Positions 39,237 through 46,796 of a stretch of DNA of 46,796 nucleotides are shown here, piece by piece. The stretch lies in sequence record SRR20825010_478, one strand, 5' to 3'. Each line of letters starts with the position of its first letter. The first letter of the stretch is position 1. The translations under genes were made by a program, and so were the position numbers. The notes under the pieces were generated by a model, which did not search any database, was not told where the DNA came from, and worked only from the letters and a program-made list of their open reading frames with translations.

Positions 39237-40546
39237 GCCGTCGCTCCCGTGGCTGGGGAAGCCGCATTAAGTTCCTCCGCGATGGAGCGGTCCGGCGAGA
39301 TCCGAAACCACATGAAGATTGCCACAATGTTCAATGCAGCCGCCGAATAAAAGAACGGTTCGTGTGCATCGAAGTAGGCCACCAAGTATGGGAACGATAG
39401 AGATGTCGCGAAGGCACCCAGGTTGCCCACCATGTTCATCGCACCGCTGACCGCACCGGCACTCTTTCCACCGATGTCCATGCAAGTCGACCAGGACGGA
39501 CTGAGGATCATGTCACTTCCAAAGATTGCGATGCACATGCAGATGACCGCTGATGTGGGAGTTGTCATGTTGACGCACAAACTCATTCCAATCGCCCCGA
39601 GTGCAAATCCAATTGCGGCTGGCAGACGCCGGGAGAGCTTCCAATGTCCTTTGCTGTAGAGCCGATCCACCGTGAATCCGGCCAGCCAGTTTCCCACGAC
39701 GCCAAACAGCAATGGGGCCGCGGCATAGAGACCGGTTTGTTGGCTGGTCAACGAATACTGTTCCTTCAGGTACGGAAAAAACCAACTGACGGTGAAGAAA
39801 AAGGTGAAGTTGTGTGCCACGTACTGAACCATCAGCATCAACATGTTCGTTGACTGCAGCATCTGCACAAACTTGATGGGTGCTTCTGCGACGTCACTGG
39901 TTGTTCCAGCTCGCTTTGGCGATCGCGATTGGATAATGTGCGCAGCTTCGGCTTCGGAAACGGCAAAGTGATCTTCGGGCAGATCACGAAATAGCAGGAA
40001 CCAAACCACCGCGAAAAGGATTCCCATCGCACCGAAGAACCAAAACGTTTGTTGCCATCCACCCAAAGCACCAATCAACCAAACCACGCCGGGCATGGCG
40101 AGTGCAGCACCCAATCGCCCACCGGAGAAGCTGATCGAGTTGGTGATTCCACGTTCATTCATTGGCAACCATGACGTGAATGCACGTGCGAGTGTCGGAT
40201 AACCACCCGCTTCGCCCATTCCAAACAAAAATCGCAAACCGATCATGGCGGACAATCCTCGGACGACTCCGGTCAGGACGGTGAAGGCGGACCAAATCAA
40301 ACACACCACCGCCATCACGCGCCTCGGTCCAAATCGATCAGCCAGCTTCCCACTGGGCACCTGGAAAAGGGCGTAGCCAAGGGCGAAGGAGGACATGACC
40401 CAGCCCATTTGCTGGTCGGAAAACCCAAGGTCGGTCGCCATGTCTTCTTTGGCAGCCGAAATACAAGCTCGATCCACCCACATCAGCACGGACAGCAAGA
40501 ACGCGCCGAGTATTAGGAAGAAGCGTGTGGGCATCGGAGTGTCCAT
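39233..40546 (-). CDS. MFS transporter, anion:cation symporter (glucarate/galactonate-like)
   Basis: WVDRACIS, QVPSGKLADRFGPRR, RFLFGMGEA, W.P..ERG, SGAMNMVGNLG; about 12 TM. Confidence 0.92.
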   Translation of the reverse strand: MDTPMPTRFFLILGAFLLSVLMWVDRACISAAKEDMATDLGFSDQQMGWVMSSFALGYALFQVPSGKLADRFGPRRVMAVVCLIWSAFTVLTGVVRGLSAMIGLRFLFGMGEAGGYPTLARAFTSWLPMNERGITNSISFSGGRLGAALAMPGVVWLIGALGGWQQTFWFFGAMGILFAVVWFLLFRDLPEDHFAVSEAEAAHIIQSRSPKRAGTTSDVAEAPIKFVQMLQSTNMLMLMVQYVAHNFTFFFTVSWFFPYLKEQYSLTSQQTGLYAAAPLLFGVVGNWLAGFTVDRLYSKGHWKLSRRLPAAIGFALGAIGMSLCVNMTTPTSAVICMCIAIFGSDMILSPSWSTCMDIGGKSAGAVSGAMNMVGNLGAFATSLSFPYLVAYFDAHEPFFYSAAALNIVAIFMWFRISPDRSIAEELNAASPATGATA

Positions 40547-40595
40547 TCATTGGAGTGTGGAAACGTTCGCGAGCGAATCTGTTCGACGCGAAAAC

Positions 40596-41690
40596 TCAAA
40601 CAGCAGTGGTTTCACCTTGCAGTCGTTTGCTCAACCGTTCTGCGATCTTGTCTGTGATCTCAACGGTCGAGAGATTGCCGCCCATGTCAGCGGTACGCTG
40701 TGTTGGATCCGACAACACGTCAGCTATCGCGGCGTTGAGTGCATCGGCGGCACGTCGTGTTTCGGGATGGTCCAACCATTCCAGCATCATTGCGGTTGAA
40801 AGGTGCATCGCGATTGGATTGGCGATGGATTGACCGGCGATATCAGGCGCTGATCCATGTGAAGGTTGAAACACCGCTGCGTCGTCACCGATATCGCCAG
40901 ATGGTGCCATCCCCATCCCGCCAACCAACCCGGCTGCCAGGTCAGACAGGATGTCGCCGAACATGTTCTCCGTAACCATCACATCAAAGTCTTCCGGACG
41001 GCGGACCAAGAACAACGCTGCGGCATCGACATAGACGTGTTCGGCTTTGATGTCGGGGAACTCTTTGGCGACTTCATCGAACACATGCCGAAAATAAACC
41101 ATCGACGAAAGCACGTTGGCTTTGTCGATCAATGTGACGGTCTTCTTTCCATCTCGGCGACGTGCGGTCTCGAACGCCAATCGGCAGACTCGCTCGGATG
41201 CCGAACGAGTGATCCGCAACAAGTTGGTCGCTTCATCGGCTTCCAAATCGGCAATCGCATCGCGACCGTAGAACAGCCCTTCGGTGCTTTCGCGAACGAG
41301 CACGAAGTCGATGTCGCCAGGGCCGTGGCCCTTTAGTGGCGTGTCCGCTTCGTGATACAGACGGATCGGGCGAACTCCCCCGTACAACTGCAGTCTTTCA
41401 CGAAGGTCGAGTTGCGGTGCAATCTCTTTGCCGTTGGGATAACGAACGTTTGGCAGCCCCATCGCACCCAGCAGAACCGCGTCGGAGGCCAAGCAAGCAT
41501 CGTAAGCGGACTGCGGCAACGCTTCGCCGGACCGTTGATACTCACCAACACCGACGCTGTGACGATCAAGCTGGAACTCGACACCATCCAAGTGCGGCTG
41601 CATGATCTCCAGCAGACGAACCGATTGGTCACAAACTTCGGGGCCGATACCATCGCCACCTAAGATGACGAGATGAAAGGATTGGGGCAT
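40596..41690 (-). CDS. Isocitrate/isopropylmalate/tartrate dehydrogenase family protein (atypical active site)
   Basis: [39 protein letters not shown]. Confidence 0.92.
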   Translation of the reverse strand: MPQSFHLVILGGDGIGPEVCDQSVRLLEIMQPHLDGVEFQLDRHSVGVGEYQRSGEALPQSAYDACLASDAVLLGAMGLPNVRYPNGKEIAPQLDLRERLQLYGGVRPIRLYHEADTPLKGHGPGDIDFVLVRESTEGLFYGRDAIADLEADEATNLLRITRSASERVCRLAFETARRRDGKKTVTLIDKANVLSSMVYFRHVFDEVAKEFPDIKAEHVYVDAAALFLVRRPEDFDVMVTENMFGDILSDLAAGLVGGMGMAPSGDIGDDAAVFQPSHGSAPDIAGQSIANPIAMHLSTAMMLEWLDHPETRRAADALNAAIADVLSDPTQRTADMGGNLSTVEITDKIAERLSKRLQGETTAV

Positions 41691-41943
41691 GGGTGATGGT
41701 GCGAGAAAGAATGGGCGACTGGAAAATCACAACGCACGGTGAGTCGAACACGTCGCTCACCTGCGATCGAATCGCAGAGCGACACGGAACGGTCGAGAAC
41801 GACTGGATGCACTCCTTCGCGTGTCCTCAACGGCGCACATTACACCACAACAGAAACGAATTCGACAGAGGACAGCCAACATTCTTGCGCCTCGCTCTAT
41901 ACACTCACTGGTTGTGGAAGCCAGAAACGCGATTGCAAAAGGA

Positions 41944-42996
41944 ATGGATGTGTCGACTCGAATCAAACTTCTCGCGAGCTGTGTGACATTTGCATGTTGC
42001 ATCGTCGCTATCGTCCCAAATGTTTTCGCTCAGCGACCTCGTTTGGCCGTGCTGACAGATATCGGAGGCGACCCGGACGATCAGCAATCGATGATCCGTT
42101 TGCTGGTCTATTCCAACGAGTTCGAAATCGAGGCACTGATTGCAAGCGCATCAGGAACACGCGGTGAGTTGAAAGAGTCCGTGACTCGGCCCGATCTGAT
42201 TCACGAACTCATCGACGCTTACGAAACCGTTCTTCCAAATCTGAAACAGCACGCCGAAGCGTGGCCACAACCGGAAGCACTTCGCAGCGTCGTTGTGTCA
42301 GGCAATCCGCATCGCGAACGGCCACATATAGGTCAGGGACATGACACGGACGGATCGCGATTGTTGGTTCAACGCATCGACGCTGGTACCCCAAAGTCTC
42401 CGCTTTGCATCACAGTGTGGGGTGGGCAAACGGACTTGGCTCAAGCCCTGTATAGCGTGAAATCAGAACGTGACGCGGAGGGCTTTGCCGAATTCTTGAG
42501 CAAGTTTCGTGTCTATGACATTGCTGACCAAGACGGAATCGCAGACTGGATGGGTCAGGAGTTTCCTGGGATGAACTACGTTCTGTCCGCCGCCAGGCCA
42601 AAGAGCGATAAACGCATCGCGAATTTTCGCGGTATGTATTTGACAGGGGACGTCAGTACGACCAGTCGCGAATGGATCGATTCCAACGTTCGGCAGATGG
42701 GGCCACTGGGATCGCTTTATCCCATGAAGACATGGACAGCGCCCAATCCTCATGGATGTTTGAAGGAAGGCGACACGCCCTCGTGGTTCTTCTTCCTGCC
42801 GCACGGAGGCAACGATCCAAACGATCCAACTCAACCAGGTTGGGGCGGCGTGTTCGAAAAACTAGCCAACGGTTGGTATCGCGACCGCGCTGCTTCGTCG
42901 TCTTACGATCCGCGAACGTCCGTCAGTCGTTGGCGACCTGAGTTCCAAGCGGACTTTGCCAAACGAATGCGTTGGTGTCTACCAGCAGACGAGTGA
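41944..42996 (+). CDS. Secreted DUF1593 (nucleoside hydrolase-like) protein
   Basis: Signal peptide; LTDIGGDPDDQQSMIRLLVYSNEF, VWGG, EGDTPS, PGWGG, DFAKRM.W; ATG 41944 preferred. Confidence 0.88.
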   Translation: MDVSTRIKLLASCVTFACCIVAIVPNVFAQRPRLAVLTDIGGDPDDQQSMIRLLVYSNEFEIEALIASASGTRGELKESVTRPDLIHELIDAYETVLPNLKQHAEAWPQPEALRSVVVSGNPHRERPHIGQGHDTDGSRLLVQRIDAGTPKSPLCITVWGGQTDLAQALYSVKSERDAEGFAEFLSKFRVYDIADQDGIADWMGQEFPGMNYVLSAARPKSDKRIANFRGMYLTGDVSTTSREWIDSNVRQMGPLGSLYPMKTWTAPNPHGCLKEGDTPSWFFFLPHGGNDPNDPTQPGWGGVFEKLANGWYRDRAASSSYDPRTSVSRWRPEFQADFAKRMRWCLPADE

Positions 42997-43069
42997 GGCA
43001 GCAAAGGCTTCGCACGTCGTTTCAGCTCAAAGACTTAGACGCGATGGTTTGGCCGAATTGAGAATGATA

Positions 43070-44662
43070 TCACCCGATTCGGTACGCTTCGGAAAGTTTC
43101 GCGAAGGATGCAACTTGGGATTTGATCCAAGCTTCGTCGCGATCCAATTCGGATGCCATCAGCCTTGCCACGGTCTCGGAGATTGCGATTGCAGCAGCCG
43201 AATTCAGAAACAGGCAACGAGTTCGCCTCGCTAGCACATCTTCGACGGTCCTTGCCATTTCATAGCGGGTCGCCCAGATCACTTCGGCACCGGTGATTGA
43301 AAGCTCAGGATGCAAAGGTGATGCCCACTCCGCGTGTTCACGTTCGAGACTTTCGATCTCGGGCAAATCCGATCCATAGTGCCCTCGTCCCGATCCTGCG
43401 ACGGTGTTGGTGGAACCGGAATTTGGATCGTAGCCGTGCAGATGCAGTGTCTCCGTTCGGCAGGCGTTGGCCTTCAATGGATTTGCGGAATTCTTGGTCG
43501 AAGCGAGCGTGCGATCCACGCAATCCTCCGCCATTTTGCGAACCGTCGTCCACTTGCCTCCGGTAATCGTGATCAATCCAGAATCAGATAGACGAATTGT
43601 ATGGTCACGTGAAAGCGAAGCCGTCCGAGACGATTTATCTCCTTTGACGAGAGGTCGAATCCCCGTGAAAACGCTGAGAACGTCCGACCGGGTTGGAGCC
43701 TCCACCAAGTACTCCTTTGCCGTTTCGAGTAGAAACTCAATTTCACCGGCTTGCGGTTTTGGTTCTAAAGAAACGGTCTCGATGGCGGTGTCGGTCGTTC
43801 CAACGACAGCGTGGTTGTGCCACGGAATGATGAACAAGACACGTCCATCGGATGTTTTAGGAACGATCATCGCAATGTCGCCGGGAAAGAATCGCCTTGG
43901 CAAGACAATGTGCACGCCTTGGCTGGCCGCCAGCATTTTCTCAGCAGCGGGTTCATCCATCATACGGACCGCATCGCAGAATGGACCGGCGGCATTAATG
44001 ACTCGCCGAGCCATGATGCAATGCGTTTCACCCGTCTCACGGTCTTCCGCCACGACGCCATCGATATTACCGCGGGCATCCTTCGACAAATCGGTGACGG
44101 CGAAGTAGTTCAGCAAGCAAGCCCCCTGCTCATTTGCGGTTCTTGCCATACTGATCAACAACCGTGTGTCATCGAATTGCCCATCGTGATAAACGACTCC
44201 GCCGTTGGCCTTTTCGGTTTTGATCGTAGGGACTCTCTCGAGCGACTCCTTCTGATTGATTGCGTGAGATCGTCCGAATCGATTTCCGGTCGCCAAAAAG
44301 TCGTAAACCTTCAAACCAATCGCGTAGTACATCCGTTCCCATCGAGATTGACAGGGAATCAGGAACGGCATGTCGTGAACCAAGTGCGGCGCGTTATTGC
44401 GAAGCAACGTGCGTTCCTTCAATGCATCTCGCACCAAGGTGATGTTGCCTTGCTGAAGATACCGAACACCACCGTGAACCAGCTTGGTGCTACGACTGGA
44501 CGTTCCCTTTCCAAAGTCAGCTTGTTCGAGCAACAAGCAGTCCAGTCCGCGACTGGCGGCATCCATCGCGATTCCGACGCCGGTCGCACCGCCACCAATG
44601 ATGACGATGTCCCAAGGTTCGGAACGTTCTTTGAGTTTCGTCAGGGATTGTTGACGTTGCAT
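43070..44662 (-). CDS. glpD: FAD-dependent glycerol-3-phosphate dehydrogenase
   Basis: GGGATG, GTSSRSTKLVHGGVRYL, DGQFDD, GTTD, GGKWTT, DVLARRTR; adjacent to glpK. Confidence 0.95.
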   Translation of the reverse strand: MQRQQSLTKLKERSEPWDIVIIGGGATGVGIAMDAASRGLDCLLLEQADFGKGTSSRSTKLVHGGVRYLQQGNITLVRDALKERTLLRNNAPHLVHDMPFLIPCQSRWERMYYAIGLKVYDFLATGNRFGRSHAINQKESLERVPTIKTEKANGGVVYHDGQFDDTRLLISMARTANEQGACLLNYFAVTDLSKDARGNIDGVVAEDRETGETHCIMARRVINAAGPFCDAVRMMDEPAAEKMLAASQGVHIVLPRRFFPGDIAMIVPKTSDGRVLFIIPWHNHAVVGTTDTAIETVSLEPKPQAGEIEFLLETAKEYLVEAPTRSDVLSVFTGIRPLVKGDKSSRTASLSRDHTIRLSDSGLITITGGKWTTVRKMAEDCVDRTLASTKNSANPLKANACRTETLHLHGYDPNSGSTNTVAGSGRGHYGSDLPEIESLEREHAEWASPLHPELSITGAEVIWATRYEMARTVEDVLARRTRCLFLNSAAAIAISETVARLMASELDRDEAWIKSQVASFAKLSEAYRIG

Positions 44663-44727
44663 GGTCAGATACGGTGAAAAGTAGACTAAGGGGAAAAGGG
44701 GGAAGCGTTCAGACGAAGCTCGTCAGG

Positions 44728-46233
44728 TCAATCAGCGGAAGCTTCCTGTTCCACCCATTGCTTGGATCGTTCCAACGCCGCCGCCCAGCGTCGCCGTCGT
44801 CGAGCAACTTCCTCGGCGGGCATTTGAGGTTCGAAGACGCGGTCGGTTTCCCAAATTCGTTCGATGTCCGCGCTGTCTTTCCAAAATCCCGTTGCCAGCC
44901 CAGCGACGTAAGCCGCACCCGCCGCGGTCGTCTCGATGACTTTTGGCCGGACGACGCGAGCGCCGATGATGTCGGCTTGGAACTGCATCAGCAAATCGTT
45001 GGCGGCCGCTCCGCCATCGACGCGTAGTTCTTCAATCGCCACACCAGAATCTTTTCGCATCGCATCCAACACATCCGCCACTTGGAATGCGATGCCTTCT
45101 AAAGCAGCCCGTGCGATGTGGGCTTTCGTCGTACCGCGAGTCAGCCCCACGAGTATCCCGCGAGCGTACGCGTCCCAGTGCGGTGCACCCAACCCCGCGA
45201 ACGCCGGGACGAGGTAAACGCCATCGGTGTCATCGACGCTGGCGGCGAGCGATTCGACTTCCGAAGACGATTGGATGATCCCCAAACCGTCTCGCAACCA
45301 CTGCACAATCGCTCCGGCAATGAAGATGCTGCCTTCATACGCGTATTCGCGTTTGCCGCCGTCCCAACACGCGACCGTGGTCAGCAACCGCGAAGGCGAC
45401 GCGGCGGCTTCTTCGCCGATGTTCATCAGCATGAAGCAACCGGTTCCGTAAGTGTTCTTGGCCATACCAGGCTGCGTGCAATTTTGGCCGAACAAAGCCG
45501 ATTGTTGGTCGCCAGCGGCTCCGCCCAACGGAATTGATTTTCCGAACAAGCTGGATTCGGTCTCGCCGTAGATGTGACTGGATGGATGAACCGACGGAAG
45601 AACTTCTTTTGGAACCTTGAAAAGTTCCAGCAATTCGTCGTCCCACTGCCCGGTATGAATGTTCCACAGCATCGTGCGAGACGCATTGGTCACATCGGTC
45701 GCATGAAGTTTGCCGTCGGTTAGATTCCAGAACAGCCAACTGTCGATTGTCCCAAATGCCAACTCGCCATTTTCCGCTCGCTCTCTAGCTCCTGCAACAT
45801 TGTCCAGAATCCATCGCAGCTTCGTCGCACAAAAATAGGCGTCGATGATCAGTCCGGTCTTCTTTTGCACGCGATCAGAATGGCCGGCTTCCCGAAGAGC
45901 ATCGCAATCCGACGCCGTCCGGCGGTCTTGCCAGACGATTGCGTTGTGAATCGGCTCACCAGTCGCTCGATCCCAGACCAAAGTGGTCTCACGTTGATTG
46001 GTGATGCCGATGGCTTCAATGTCCGACACGTCCATGTCGTGCTGCTTCAAAACATCGCGGGCGACCGCCAACTGAGTCGTCCAAATTTCGGTCGCGTCGT
46101 GTTCCACCCAACCTGGTTTTGGATAGTGTTGTGTGAATTCCTTTTGAGACACGCCGATGATTGACCCATCGTGTGCGAAAAGGATTGCGCGAGAACTCGT
46201 TGTTCCTTGATCAAGTGCCAAAATTGCCTTCAC
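44728..46233 (-). CDS. glpK: Glycerol kinase
   Basis: GTG 46233 after [48 protein letters not shown]. Confidence 0.95.
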   Translation of the reverse strand: MKAILALDQGTTSSRAILFAHDGSIIGVSQKEFTQHYPKPGWVEHDATEIWTTQLAVARDVLKQHDMDVSDIEAIGITNQRETTLVWDRATGEPIHNAIVWQDRRTASDCDALREAGHSDRVQKKTGLIIDAYFCATKLRWILDNVAGARERAENGELAFGTIDSWLFWNLTDGKLHATDVTNASRTMLWNIHTGQWDDELLELFKVPKEVLPSVHPSSHIYGETESSLFGKSIPLGGAAGDQQSALFGQNCTQPGMAKNTYGTGCFMLMNIGEEAAASPSRLLTTVACWDGGKREYAYEGSIFIAGAIVQWLRDGLGIIQSSSEVESLAASVDDTDGVYLVPAFAGLGAPHWDAYARGILVGLTRGTTKAHIARAALEGIAFQVADVLDAMRKDSGVAIEELRVDGGAAANDLLMQFQADIIGARVVRPKVIETTAAGAAYVAGLATGFWKDSADIERIWETDRVFEPQMPAEEVARRRRRWAAALERSKQWVEQEASAD

Positions 46234-46397
46234 CGAAAGTCTCCGCCTGGGTGTTCGTTTGTGATCAATGCTGAAGTGGTCCCTCATTCTATCAGTGCGG
46301 TTGATAGCAGGTTCTCGAAAAGGTCGCCGAAACCGCCACGTACGCAAATGAACTTTGGATCAGATCGCCCGCAATCGACCGTGGAAGCTTGCGGTCG

Positions 46398-46429
46398 CCG
46401 GTGGCAAGAATCGAATGAATTGCCACCGG
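46398..46429. promoter_or_regulatory. Perfect 10-bp inverted repeat in the glpK / small-ORF divergent region
   Basis: CCGGTGGCAA-N12-TTGCCACCGG. Confidence 0.45.
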
Positions 46430-46511
46430 TTCCCCACCCGATGCCGAATCGTGTTCGTTAGACTAGAGGTTGGTATCGAATTCGCGGGCTCAAGTGGACC
46501 GAGGTGTGACG

Positions 46512-46745
46512 ATGTCGAAGATCCAACAAATGGCGGAATCAATTTTGCCCGCGGCTTGGTTTGTCCGCGTTCGAGACTCATCGAAACGTTGGATGATTCG
46601 ATGTCCGCAGTGCCAACGTGAACAGTCCGTTTGGGACGTTGGCGGCATCCGATGTGGAGCCGCGTCGGTCGGGAAACGGATCCAGGCTCACTGCGAGTTT
46701 TGCGGGCGTGTCACCGCGAAAATGTATTACCGGAATGACGAGTGA
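46512..46745 (+). CDS. Small zinc-ribbon-like hypothetical protein
   Basis: GAGGT RBS, ATG 46512; CPQC...CEFC pair. Confidence 0.7.
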   Translation: MSKIQQMAESILPAAWFVRVRDSSKRWMIRCPQCQREQSVWDVGGIRCGAASVGKRIQAHCEFCGRVTAKMYYRNDE

Positions 46746-46766
46746 CACTTCAGGCTCAGCGAACGC

Positions 46767-46793
46767 CTAAGCACGTGAGCGGGAGTCATTGGG
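46767..46793 (+). repeat. Diverged copy 3 of the 27-bp intergenic repeat (CTAAGCACGTGAGCGGGAGTCATTGGG)
   Basis: 20/27 ungapped identity to each of the other two copies; intergenic; at the window edge. Confidence 0.55.
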
Positions 46794-46796
46794 CTT

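Noticed and set aside
40596-41690. Calling this gene leuB
   Set aside because: Active-site substitutions and a catabolic context with no leu genes
43811-44677. 288-aa plus-strand ORF, and 43467-44108
   Set aside because: Antisense shadows of glpD with no motifs; expected from codon bias in GC-rich DNA
1-46796. CRISPR array, tRNA/rRNA, transposase, integrase, prophage or defence genes
   Set aside because: No regularly spaced repeats or recognisable motifs found by eye; the 27-bp repeat is dispersed rather than arrayed

Overview
Gene-dense, GC-rich bacterial chromosomal segment. The DUF1501 + DUF1549/DUF1553 cytochrome pair, overall gene content and intergenic repeats point to a planctomycete, most likely Rhodopirellula (inference). 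About 33 CDS can be supported. They include a GH-like DUF5722 protein + SGNH esterase, an OprO/P porin, nadB, a coupled psd-pssA-SGNH-MBOAT operon, a beta-hydroxyacid dehydrogenase, an NHL-repeat protein, the DUF1553/DUF1501 pair, a membrane-anchored EssC/EccC-like FtsK ATPase with a small Cys-rich neighbour, an intramembrane-type histidine kinase opposite an ABC-2 transporter, a receiver + CHASE/PAS kinase pair, an NlpC/P60-like protein, a DUF1593 protein, glpD and glpK. The best candidate for an undescribed system is a six-gene catabolic cluster (35501-41690) next to glpKD. It combines an atypical tartrate/isopropylmalate-dehydrogenase-family enzyme, an ACS-type MFS, an ApsD-like Gfo/Idh/MocA dehydrogenase, a cyclase-family hydrolase, a DUF1537 acid-sugar kinase and a VOC epimerase, but has none of the usual DUF1537 partners. 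The second candidate is the type-VII-like ATPase in a diderm organism. A 27-bp intergenic repeat occurs three times. No rRNA, tRNA, CRISPR array, transposase or prophage was seen. Family calls come from motif recognition only; no searches were run.
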